Positions 47,601-56,425 of a stretch of DNA of 64,000 nucleotides are shown here, piece after piece. The translations under genes and the position numbers were made by a program. Location: IMG/VR virus record IMGVR_UViG_3300013137_000014. The stretch is one strand, 5' to 3'. The stretch comes from an uncultured virus (IMG/VR IMGVR_UViG_3300013137_000014) (taxonomy: Duplodnaviria > Heunggongvirae > Uroviricota > Caudoviricetes). Under the pieces are notes generated by a model, which ran no database searches, was not told the origin of the DNA, and was given only the letters and a program-made list of their open reading frames with translations. Position 1 is the first letter of the stretch, and each line of letters begins with the position of its first letter.

Positions 47601-50406
47601 TTATATTATATATGATGATGAAGGAAAAAATCCTAGAAAAATTACTACTGCTCAATATGAAAAAATGCTTAAAGATGGGGATTTACTTAAAACTCCAAAT
47701 GGTGATGTTTATACAAAAAAGAAGGATGTTAAATGGGTTCACGTTGATCTTAACAATCCAAAGTCCTCTTTGGTTCCTTTAGATATTTGGGAAAAGTATT
47801 ATTCACCTGAAGTTAGAAAAGGAATAGTAAAACCATCTCAAGCAAAAGAATATGATAAAGACTATCAGTTTGAACCAGGTCAAGTTCCTCCTGAAATGTT
47901 AGAGCCATCTCAAGCAAAAGAATATGGTAGAGACTATCTGTTTGAACCAGGTCAAGTTCCTCCTGAAATGTTAGAGCCATCTTTCAAAGAACAGGCCACT
48001 CAAAAAAGTAAGATGTTACTAAAACAAGGAAAAGAATTGGTCTCAAATACAGTAGAAAAATCAAAAGAGTTATATTCTAAAACAAAGGAGAATTTTACAT
48101 CTCTTAAAAATAAAGTAGAAAATTCTAACAAATCAGATATTGCTTTATTATTGGCTGAAACAGAATGGAAAGCTATCAATGATTTAGAATCTCTAGTTAA
48201 TGTGTCAATTAAGGGTTTAGATTCAGCTGGATTTAGTAATTCCGCCCTTGCCATAAAAGCTAGATGTACACAATTAATAACAAATGCTAGAACTGATTTT
48301 CAAAAAAGATTTGGTAATGTACATTATGATGAAAATAATCGTGTTATCTCTATTGAAAAAATTCCAGAAGATTTAGATAAATTAATTAAAGATGATCAAA
48401 ATTTATCTGATTATATTAGAGAATTATACAATCAGGTGACACAAGCCGTTACCAATACAAAGGATGATTATTTATCTACATTAAAAGAAAAAACAAGTGA
48501 ACTTATAACTAAGGGTACTGATAAAGTTAAGGAAGGAGCAAAATATTTAGATAAGAAAATTGGTTCCGTAATAGCTCCCACAACATCTAAAGGATATTCA
48601 GAACCATTTGGTCCTCAGCCAGTATCAGAAATGCCTAAATTAACTCCAGAACCATTTGGTCCTCAGCCAGTGGAAGAAACGCCTAAAACAATATCTAAAG
48701 GATATTCAGAACCATTTGGTCCTCAGCCAGTTGTTGAACCTCCAAGGCCCACAGTTAGTGTAGTACCTCGACAAAATTTGGAGAAACCGGGAATTAAGTT
48801 GAGTTCTCTAGATGAAATGTTCATAAAACAATGTATGGAAGATATTACTGGTGAATCCTGGACAAAAGAGAAAAGTGAACAATTGATGAAAAATGTTGAA
48901 AATTTAATTCAGAAGACTAAAGAAAATTCTAAAGACAAGAAACTTACACATTGGGGAGGTACTATTGAATTAAATGAAGAAAAGAAAGAAAATGTATTAT
49001 CAGATATTATAAATTTTCCGACTAAAGATAATATGTTATCTCAAAATATTAGAACATCTCCTGAAATTGGTTTAGAATTTGATGAAGGTGGTTATGTACC
49101 CGGTAAAAAGGGAGAGGCACAACCTGCAATAGTACATACAGGAGAAAGAATTCTAAATCCAAAAGAAACTAATATATTTAAAAATACAACATTAGAAGAT
49201 TTAATTTTAAGTTACGTTGATAAATTAAATCCTTTAAAGATAATAAAACACCAATTAGATATAGGTGATGAAGTTACGGGTTTGGGCAACACATATAGCA
49301 GATCTTTGATAAGCAGCATTCCATTTATTGGCAAATTAATAAAACAGTTTATGCCAAAAGAAATCAATTTAATTGGTGGACCTAATAATGCAGTAGCTTC
49401 AGAATTATCAAAAATAACACCATCATCATTACCCACCGATTATAGTAAAGTAATTAGTGATAAGACACAAAGTGTAAAAGAAAAACTAGAAACAAAAACC
49501 ATTGCTTCTTTAAGTGGTTTAGGTGGATCTACAGCACAATACGAAGGTGGTAATGTAGGTACTGTATCCAGTGGTAAACATGATTATGTGTCATACGGCA
49601 CGCACCAAATGACTCCAACTACAATGAAAGGATTTTTGGGAAGTTCATTTGGATCTCAATTTGACAAACAACTAGGAGGATTAAAACCAGGAAGTGCTGA
49701 ATTTACCTCAGCATATAAACAATTAGCGAAGACAAGCCCAGAATTACTAGATAATGCAATGAATGAATATTTAAAGGTTACTAACTTTGAACCAGTTAGG
49801 GCATTAGCTGATAAATATGGATTGCCTAATGACCCCGTATTCAATGATATATTATGGAGTCAATCAATTCAACATAGCTATAAAGGTAATAAACAAATAT
49901 TAGATACTGTTGCAGCACAATCTGGAGGATATTTGGGAGATGATGAAAAAAAACAGTTAATCTCCTCGATTTATGATACCAGAGAAAAATATGCTTTAAA
50001 ATTTGTAGATCCTAATTTGAAAAAAGGTATAGTAAATAGATATAATAATGAAGAAAACCAATTTTTAGCAATGGCAGAAAAACCTGCATTTGATAAAACT
50101 AGTTTAGCTAATATAGATATAAATAGAAGAGTTCAAGATAAAGAAGATTTGTTAAATATAATGGAAGAAAGTGGAAAAAGAGCCGATGAGTTAGCCGCTA
50201 AAACTAGTAAAGAAACTAATGAAAAAATGGATGCCAATCTTGAAAAAATGAATGCTACAAGCAATATATTTAATAATAACAATTTCAATATACAGTCTCA
50301 AGGTGGAAATTCTTACCTAAATAGTGGAACAAATAAAGGTGGAAATGAAATTGAATCTTTAAAAGATATATTTGCTTTAGCATCTGGATTACCAGGAATA
50401 ATTTAA
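44674..50406 (+). CDS. tape-measure-like protein with a C-terminal lysozyme-like domain
   Basis: 1910 aa, Gly/Ala-rich; FATGGVVPG..AHGGEMV and FDEGGYVPG..VHTGE motifs; YEGG..GTVSSG..D.VSYGTHQ. Confidence 0.75.
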   Translation: MVEHKKEDKIENLSQQIEALTSVIKTNVELMKSSNLMMGNVTGDVVDRKTGKKKITARKRKLKKPLVESITDLNTSVEELSEEESGTSDIQESLYDVDAEISALREDNLANTGLLSKTYNVLSTVGKGTAGAALGVGEFTASSMTMPSVFDAKADLEQLKDSIVKSMSLAMGGPIGSYVLNLSGNILQSVIGGIRKATGVGAEQNIGDYPTEEMPEFATGGVVPGPPGAPVIIKAHGGEMVVPEKIKTRGMEGFNDRLDALIKYDQADLINNDNTLKELVHIADILNFGNSIFRELTGPIIGSLNTVKEGVVDLAHNSKEYNNSIAGFLISLPKFIVKDVFIKALGNDILWELIAKNIISKVFLRGVVWDQIMLPAMEHFMGKNAGFGQITAMMAGGAGMLFGLQKLVGNKSITSILGNIMPDFISNGIGAISRTAGNIIPGHFISGTAKTISGAAKTPGLIGQGIAGAGNVVSQGGNLATSAGLSGIGSSATGAGGMLQGVGGSLAANPALILGGAFAGKVMYDYWQAKRDIPFQTLMEIRQIRKNTEETAQLLGGKGFGAMDFRTKLGHFMEDQYAYMYDPLKTIYKYSGAKMLTKGLLEHVSRSSKDLGNFAGRKWGRSEAGKTKGWHPLQATGRALKSGGKYFTGSWGENKTKTAKERGSLEYQQVDYLAKIYSVLSGNISENLEVIKHDSKSISKYSKATARATIKEYRETSLLRRMGLLENMFSIPMAAGKAIGEAAVSTTASVAGGVAAGAGAGKALKSVTRRVPSGTAKALRPAASKISSGAAKALRPAASKIPLIGGALGAAAHKIPAIGGMLRATAGKVPYVAAALAVFDAIKSSADANEIFDKTATNMREKISAGLAGLVQGATLGLSSVFISKKDMAEGISTNVEKMSNMGGIFDIGGAYARAGGGSGNIWEDYYGTDNFYWEQRKPVGEIVDKSKLKPSIYTGPEATGYKVNREIDGGLFYSDYIIYDDEGKNPRKITTAQYEKMLKDGDLLKTPNGDVYTKKKDVKWVHVDLNNPKSSLVPLDIWEKYYSPEVRKGIVKPSQAKEYDKDYQFEPGQVPPEMLEPSQAKEYGRDYLFEPGQVPPEMLEPSFKEQATQKSKMLLKQGKELVSNTVEKSKELYSKTKENFTSLKNKVENSNKSDIALLLAETEWKAINDLESLVNVSIKGLDSAGFSNSALAIKARCTQLITNARTDFQKRFGNVHYDENNRVISIEKIPEDLDKLIKDDQNLSDYIRELYNQVTQAVTNTKDDYLSTLKEKTSELITKGTDKVKEGAKYLDKKIGSVIAPTTSKGYSEPFGPQPVSEMPKLTPEPFGPQPVEETPKTISKGYSEPFGPQPVVEPPRPTVSVVPRQNLEKPGIKLSSLDEMFIKQCMEDITGESWTKEKSEQLMKNVENLIQKTKENSKDKKLTHWGGTIELNEEKKENVLSDIINFPTKDNMLSQNIRTSPEIGLEFDEGGYVPGKKGEAQPAIVHTGERILNPKETNIFKNTTLEDLILSYVDKLNPLKIIKHQLDIGDEVTGLGNTYSRSLISSIPFIGKLIKQFMPKEINLIGGPNNAVASELSKITPSSLPTDYSKVISDKTQSVKEKLETKTIASLSGLGGSTAQYEGGNVGTVSSGKHDYVSYGTHQMTPTTMKGFLGSSFGSQFDKQLGGLKPGSAEFTSAYKQLAKTSPELLDNAMNEYLKVTNFEPVRALADKYGLPNDPVFNDILWSQSIQHSYKGNKQILDTVAAQSGGYLGDDEKKQLISSIYDTREKYALKFVDPNLKKGIVNRYNNEENQFLAMAEKPAFDKTSLANIDINRRVQDKEDLLNIMEESGKRADELAAKTSKETNEKMDANLEKMNATSNIFNNNNFNIQSQGGNSYLNSGTNKGGNEIESLKDIFALASGLPGII

Positions 50407-52109
50407 AAATTTCCAAAGATAGAATTTAAAATTTTTTCCCGAGTTATTCCTCTCGGATCTTTATCTAATTTTCTTTTTAAATCTTTTTTGTATTGTTCAA
50501 AATTACATCCAGGGTGAAAACTAGGAATTAAAGAATTCATTTCATATATAGAATCCATGGCATAAGTAGATTCTTCATTATATACTCCTGTATCTTCTTC
50601 TTGTAAAATAATGTTATTATAAAATTTTTTCACATAACAACCAAAGGCATAAGCTAAAACCAAATCATCATTAGAATTTTTATCTGCTTGCACTTTGCCA
50701 TTTTTATTGACTAATGCTAATAATTCTAATTTTAGTCTTTCTGATTTAATTAATGAAGGATTTTCACATATAACATTATATAATGATTCAATAATTAAAG
50801 GTCTAGTTAATTTATTTGTGGATAATCCAGGCATTCTTTTATTTACTCTTACTTTTTTATTACCTTTAGTTATTTGTTCACTTTCATAAAAGATATTATA
50901 TTCTTTTTCATCGTCCTCTAAATCGTTTAATATTGAAATTCCGTATCCACCTGAATTTTCCACTATAATTAAATTTTTAGGACATAACTCCGCTAACATC
51001 TTTATAATCTTTGTTAATTCTTTTGGTTTAATTTTTCCTTTATATTCATATATTTGCTCTAAAGTTAGATAATCTAGAACTTCAATTGCAGAATAATCTT
51101 TTCCATATGAAGTTGCAACATCAACAGAGATTAAATAAAATCTATTTAAGTCTATTTTCTCTGGAAATTTCCACAATTCTCCACTATTAACTAATCTTAT
51201 TGTAGAACTTGGAAATGTTTGTTTTTTTTGAAATTCTGTTGCAACAGAATCTGGAAATAATGTATCTTCATCTCCAATAAATTGTAACTCTAGTTCTTGC
51301 TGAATTTTACGTGAATTATTATTTAGAATTCTCTTTTGGTTTTCATACCATGTAGGATCATTTTTGTATTCATCTACATCGGTCCAATGAACTTTGTAAG
51401 GTTTAAATGAATTTGTTCCTTCGTAGGCACCACACCACATATCAAAAAAGAATTTACCAATTCCATTCATTTTATTTGGTGTACTTAATAATATTGTTCC
51501 AAATGGTACGCCATTTGCTTGAGCATCTTTTTGGGCTTTCGACAAAGCTGGTGCAACACCTGTCCAGGCATCCTCTGCATAATCTGCATGAGCAATTTCA
51601 TCCATTATTAATAAGGCTATTGATTTGCCACGAAATAATCCGTCTGGAGCTTTAGGGGATATTGCAGAAGAGAACAATTGAGAATTTGTTTTTTTTATGG
51701 AGAAATTCTGAGCATTATCTATATTAAACTCGGGACGAATCCAAGAGGGTAACTTAAGTATAATATCTTTTGTTTTTTTGCAAAAATCTGAAGCTTCTCC
51801 ACCATTTTTAGAGGTGACTCCAATTATAACATTTTTATAAAATGTACATAAATGAGCAGATACACATTGAAATAATGTAGAGAACCCAATTTGTCTAGAT
51901 TTTAAGAAAATCATATTTCGAATACCACTGTAAAAGTCAGTGGCAATCATTCTTTGTGGTTTGTGTAATTTAATTAATTTATCACCACCAACAGTGGGTA
52001 ACATACATAATTCTTCAAAAAAATTAATTGGATTATTTTTATAAAATAACCATTTTTTAGCATCACGTAATTGTTTAGAATTGAAATTGATAGGCATAAA
52101 TATATCCAA
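50403..52109 (-). CDS. terL: terminase large subunit (T4 gp17-like)
   Basis: LKSRQIGFST, LLIMDEIAH, LLSTPN, QELELQF, ISVDVA.....DYS, DDLVLA. Confidence 0.95.
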   Translation of the reverse strand: MDIFMPINFNSKQLRDAKKWLFYKNNPINFFEELCMLPTVGGDKLIKLHKPQRMIATDFYSGIRNMIFLKSRQIGFSTLFQCVSAHLCTFYKNVIIGVTSKNGGEASDFCKKTKDIILKLPSWIRPEFNIDNAQNFSIKKTNSQLFSSAISPKAPDGLFRGKSIALLIMDEIAHADYAEDAWTGVAPALSKAQKDAQANGVPFGTILLSTPNKMNGIGKFFFDMWCGAYEGTNSFKPYKVHWTDVDEYKNDPTWYENQKRILNNNSRKIQQELELQFIGDEDTLFPDSVATEFQKKQTFPSSTIRLVNSGELWKFPEKIDLNRFYLISVDVATSYGKDYSAIEVLDYLTLEQIYEYKGKIKPKELTKIIKMLAELCPKNLIIVENSGGYGISILNDLEDDEKEYNIFYESEQITKGNKKVRVNKRMPGLSTNKLTRPLIIESLYNVICENPSLIKSERLKLELLALVNKNGKVQADKNSNDDLVLAYAFGCYVKKFYNNIILQEEDTGVYNEESTYAMDSIYEMNSLIPSFHPGCNFEQYKKDLKRKLDKDPRGITREKILNSIFGNF

Positions 52110-52149
52110 TCGTTTTAATTTAATCCTAAAATTAGAGAAGAAAAAAAAA

Positions 52150-52179
52150 TGGATGAAATAGCCTTAATTATTTCATCCA
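52150..52179 (-). terminator. hairpin with U-tract on the - strand
   Basis: TGGATGAAATA / TATTTCATCCA next to a poly-A run on the + strand. Confidence 0.7.
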
Positions 52180-52206
52180 CAAGATATAGTTCATTATAGT
52201 ATAATT

Positions 52207-53229
52207 TTAAATGAATTCAGGACCATATTTTTCAAAATGAGAATTTAAAGATTCTAATAAGTTATCTAAGTCAATATTTATTATTCTTTTTGGATAATCT
52301 GTATGACTTACCCAATCCGACCATGATATATGCTCTATAGTAGAATTCCAGGCATTTAAAAACAAACTCATTCCCCCAGTTTTTTGTAAACCAGAGGATT
52401 TGTCACGGTCCTCCAAGAATTTCTTAATATAAATTCTTGGGTCTCCAGACTGTAATAGCGTTGTATTATCAATAATTCCTCTGATGAAGTTTCTTGCTAA
52501 AAATTCATTTTCTTCTATTAAAACTACTAAAACAGAAAAGAATGATGCATTTTTAAGTATATAATCAGAATATTTACTATTATAAAATTCTACAAAGTGG
52601 GTTGTTTTAACAAGGCTAGATTTTAGATATACCAGTGTAGCTACTCTTCTTGATAAATTATCAATAGTTTTATTTTGTAATCTTCCTAATATATAACCGG
52701 CAGCTGAACCGCATTTAGTTGTTCTACTTTTAGTTAGACCTAAATAATTAGGAGTACCAATAAATTCTAATTTATCTGATAAACTTCTTGCTTTACCATC
52801 ACTTGCGGCCAGTAGTAAAACTTGAGCATCTTCTCTAGTTTGAACAGTGATTATTCGTATAAATGCTAGTATTGTAACATCTGCATCTGACGCACTTCTT
52901 AATGTATGTTGTCCATCAATAAGTTCTGTTTTATTTTCTTTAATAATATGAATAATTGTTATCAATGAAACAGCAGATGAGTAAGTACCATCTTTCATTG
53001 ATTGTACCATTGCTTTTAAATGTCTTTTAGATATAGATCTTTGATTGATATTAGTGTTAATCATTCTTAAAAGTTGCAAGGAATCTGTAGGAGTTAAATA
53101 TACTTTTAATTCCTCTATATTTATGATACCTGGATTAGTTTGAATAATTACATTTAACCAATTATCACATTTTTTATCTTTTAAAAATTTAATTCCAAGT
53201 TCATAATTTTTTATTTCTTCTAGTGTCAT
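52207..53229 (-). CDS. ParB/Srx-like DGQH-motif protein
   Basis: NQRSIS...M..G, LIDGQHTL, DGKARSLSD. Confidence 0.7.
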   Translation of the reverse strand: MTLEEIKNYELGIKFLKDKKCDNWLNVIIQTNPGIINIEELKVYLTPTDSLQLLRMINTNINQRSISKRHLKAMVQSMKDGTYSSAVSLITIIHIIKENKTELIDGQHTLRSASDADVTILAFIRIITVQTREDAQVLLLAASDGKARSLSDKLEFIGTPNYLGLTKSRTTKCGSAAGYILGRLQNKTIDNLSRRVATLVYLKSSLVKTTHFVEFYNSKYSDYILKNASFFSVLVVLIEENEFLARNFIRGIIDNTTLLQSGDPRIYIKKFLEDRDKSSGLQKTGGMSLFLNAWNSTIEHISWSDWVSHTDYPKRIINIDLDNLLESLNSHFEKYGPEFI

Positions 53230-53428
53230 AATGATCCTTTCGTTTTTAAGTGATTGAGTAATTCACTTTAATTTTAAATATTTATCAATTAGAGTTTCAT
53301 CCAATATATTAGTATTTAGGTTATTAAGGAATTTAATTTTAGAAGACTCAATACCAAATTTTCTCTGTTAATTTGATATGTTTGAGAACACGTGGGTAAT
53401 TTAAAATCAACATTACTATAATATGCAT

Positions 53429-54124
53429 CTATAAGAGAGACTGAGGGTATGCTTCGTAAAGAGCCGCTTCTTGAAGATTTACTCCTTTAAGATCCGCTTC
53501 TCGAAGGTCTGCTTTCTCAAGACGTGCGTCTCGAAGTTTTGCTCCTTAAAGATTTGCTCCTTGGAAGTTTGCTCCCCGGAGGTTTGCTTCTAGGAGGTTT
53601 GCTTCTAGGAGATCTGTTCCTCGAAGAAATGCTTCTTGAAGGTTTGCTCCATAAAGATTCGCTCCTCGAAGATATGCTTCTTGAAGGTTTGCTCCTTGAA
53701 GGTTTGCTCCATAAAGATTCGCTCCTTGAAGATATGCTACATAAAGGTTTGCGTCTTGAAGATTTGCGTCTTGAAGATTTGCTTCTTGGAGACCTGCTCT
53801 CTCAAGATTTGCTCCTTGAAGACTTGCTTCTTGGAGATATGCTTCTCTAAGATTTGCTCTATAGAGGTTTGCTCTATAAAGGTCTGCTCCTCTAAGATTT
53901 GCTCTATAGAGGTTTGCTCCTCTAAGATCTGCTTTCTCAAGATTTGCTCCTCGAAGGTTTACTTCTTGGAGATCTGCTCCTTGGAGATTTACTTCTTGAA
54001 GATCTTCTCCTTGAAAATACGCTTCTAATAAATCTGGAGTAATTTCCGAGTTTTCTTTTCTCCACTTATTCCATTTTTCAACCCCTGATTTGAGTATTGC
54101 AAAATGTTTCTTGTTCATTGTCAA
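53429..54124 (-). pseudogene. pentapeptide-repeat protein with an in-frame premature TAA at 53546-53548
   Basis: Repeats continue in frame after the TAA (GAKLRDARLEKADLREADL...) to TAG at 53429. Confidence 0.75.
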
Positions 54125-54170
54125 ATTTCCTTCTTTAGATAATTTTATATTTTTTAGATAGAAATTAATA

Positions 54171-54362
54171 TTAATCTATTTCTTCGTATATTTCATCTAA
54201 CGCATCTGCTCCAAATCTTTTAAATTGCTGATTTACATTTGTTCTTTTATAACCTTTATCCCCCTTTTTAGTAGAATGTACATCCTCAACTGGATTACGA
54301 GACCAATTAAATCTTACCTTTTTTAACGGATTGTGTTTATTATCTTTGTTTGTTTTACTCAT
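54171..54362 (-). CDS. small basic hypothetical protein
   Basis: W.RNP...VH..KKG.KGYKR. Confidence 0.6.
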   Translation of the reverse strand: MSKTNKDNKHNPLKKVRFNWSRNPVEDVHSTKKGDKGYKRTNVNQQFKRFGADALDEIYEEID

Positions 54363-54376
54363 CTTCTTAAAATTTT

Positions 54377-55642
54377 TTAATCTCCTGTAATATAATAACC
54401 TCTAATGCAGTTCAATTGACAATTGCATTGAAAATAAGGTTGTTTTTCCCTTTCCCAAATTAGAAAAGAGTTTTTTACTATATATTTTCCCACATACTCC
54501 GCATATACATTCTTAATACAATCTAAAGTGATTGAGACTCCCACTTTGCTTAAATTTAAAAATGGTAAATCTCCTGCATTAATATTAAATGTTATATCTG
54601 AAAAATCATTAATTTTATTTGTAAGGTTTTTCCGAACTAATGCATCATTATAATCTACAGCTGAAATATTGTTAAAAAATGCTCGCAAATTTTGTAATTC
54701 CTTATTATATTGTAAAGAACTATCTCTATCTGTTAAACTGTTATCTTGAAATGTTTGAGATACATCTATATCAAATTTACTGAATAATTTATCGATAGGT
54801 TTTCCGGTACAGGTTGTTTTATAGGAGTTTAGAATTATTTTTTCATTTGATTTATATTTTGTTTTTATTTCAGAATATGTAAAATATGTTTTTCCATTAT
54901 TCGGTGTTTTCCATATTTCATTTTGATCTTTTATTCCAGGACTAAGAAATATAATTTTATATTCTTCCTCTTTCAATTTCTTTTTTAGGTCCCAAATACA
55001 TAATGTGTTGTCAGAGAAACGGCAATATATAAATGGTGTTCTGCCATTATATAGAGGATATCGTCCATCTATATATCTTATGGCATTTATATAATTTGTA
55101 GGAGGAATCATTAGTTGAAATATTTTATTATCATTTATATTTGTCTTATCAATATTTTTATTTAATTTTCCAATATCTTTTAAAAAAGTATCTGTTATTT
55201 TTTGGCAAATTTCAATGGGGACTAAACCTTTGTCATCCTGTATAAGAGTATTTACAGGAGTATACATAACTTTAAAAGGAATTAAAGGAACACATACTAA
55301 AGTAACAAATCTTGGTTGATAAGTGGAATCCTGATTTAAACTACCTACCTTTTCTGATTCTTTATGAATTACAGGAAAGTTTGATTTGACTATTATTAAA
55401 TCTAAATTTATATTTTCCCTAATATCTACAGATTCTGTTGTTAATGTTATATTTAGATTCGCAGTAGTCTGTCCCAGAAGTTGTTCATCTAAAATGGTGT
55501 CTGAATCTATTAATAATTTAATTAAGAAAATATCGAAAATAAAATTCAAACTAGAGGCGATTTCAACCCTTTTTATAGATCTGGAAAGCACAGTATTTCC
55601 AATGGAAAAAGAAATATCATAAATTCTATTTAATTCTGCCAT
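54377..55642 (-). CDS. putative baseplate hub protein (gp27-like)
   Basis: Late-type motif upstream; C-terminal GKYIVK...I.E pattern. Confidence 0.5.
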   Translation of the reverse strand: MAELNRIYDISFSIGNTVLSRSIKRVEIASSLNFIFDIFLIKLLIDSDTILDEQLLGQTTANLNITLTTESVDIRENINLDLIIVKSNFPVIHKESEKVGSLNQDSTYQPRFVTLVCVPLIPFKVMYTPVNTLIQDDKGLVPIEICQKITDTFLKDIGKLNKNIDKTNINDNKIFQLMIPPTNYINAIRYIDGRYPLYNGRTPFIYCRFSDNTLCIWDLKKKLKEEEYKIIFLSPGIKDQNEIWKTPNNGKTYFTYSEIKTKYKSNEKIILNSYKTTCTGKPIDKLFSKFDIDVSQTFQDNSLTDRDSSLQYNKELQNLRAFFNNISAVDYNDALVRKNLTNKINDFSDITFNINAGDLPFLNLSKVGVSITLDCIKNVYAEYVGKYIVKNSFLIWEREKQPYFQCNCQLNCIRGYYITGD

Positions 55643-55712
55643 TAATGCCTCTTTTAAATTTTTCCAAATGAAAATAAAGGGGATTGATCTATTTCAACCA
55701 ACCCCCTTTTTT

Positions 55713-55988
55713 TTATAACCATTTTAGCACGCAATATATAGCATATATTGCCAATATTACGTGCGTTTTTTCAAGAAGTATATTGTATATATTTGATATA
55801 TGCTTCTTGAATGAAATTGCGTTCAATTCTTCGTTCCAGTTCCCTATTCCCAAACAGGAAAAACTGGTTTTCTTGTTTATAGGTATACTATATTTCATAA
55901 AATATAATATACCTCGCATTAATCCTAGGAGAGAAGATATGGTATAACCTTTTTCCTTTTTTCTTCTCTCCTCTAATTTGACTCTCAT
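55713..55988 (-). CDS. hypothetical protein
   Basis: AGGAGG and the early-type motif upstream; hairpin downstream. Confidence 0.5.
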   Translation of the reverse strand: MRVKLEERRKKEKGYTISSLLGLMRGILYFMKYSIPINKKTSFSCLGIGNWNEELNAISFKKHISNIYNILLEKTHVILAIYAIYCVLKWL

Positions 55989-56053
55989 TTCCTCATACGT
56001 AAGTTTTTCCTCCTTTTCTTAAAATTATCCCTATCATATTTTAATATATATAA

Positions 56054-56425
56054 TTACATCTTTAAAGATTTATATATATCTGATATTGGTACAGAATTTA
56101 AAATCTTTTCAATTTCATCTTTGTTTTGATAATCTATATCAGATGTACAAGATATTAAGTTATTATTATTTATTCGGCAACTCATACCTAGAGATAATAA
56201 TATTTCAGATAAAGAAGTCAAACAACTAGAATTATTATTTTCTTCACTTGGCATGTCAATATCTAAATGATTTAAACTTTCTTCCATCATTGCTGTATTT
56301 ATAAATTTTTTTTCCAATTTATGGAAGTCTTTTACTTTTATATAATTCTGATTAAATGTAATAATGATTAAATAAACAAAATTTTTTATATCATTAGATA
56401 TTAAAGAATTTTGTACTGCAACCAT
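56054..56425 (-). CDS. hypothetical protein
   Basis: 123-aa ORF; start uncertain. Confidence 0.5.
   Translation of the reverse strand: MVAVQNSLISNDIKNFVYLIIITFNQNYIKVKDFHKLEKKFINTAMMEESLNHLDIDMPSEENNNSSCLTSLSEILLSLGMSCRINNNNLISCTSDIDYQNKDEIEKILNSVPISDIYKSLKM

Noticed and set aside
47833..47976. DGR template/variable repeat pair (all three differences are at A in the first copy)
   Set aside because: Only three differences, the copies are adjacent and in frame within one CDS, and no reverse transcriptase is visible.
52207..53229. Dnd phosphorothioation or Dpd system inferred from the DGQH motif
   Set aside because: No dnd or dpd partner genes are recognisable nearby; stand-alone ParB-like proteins are common in phages.
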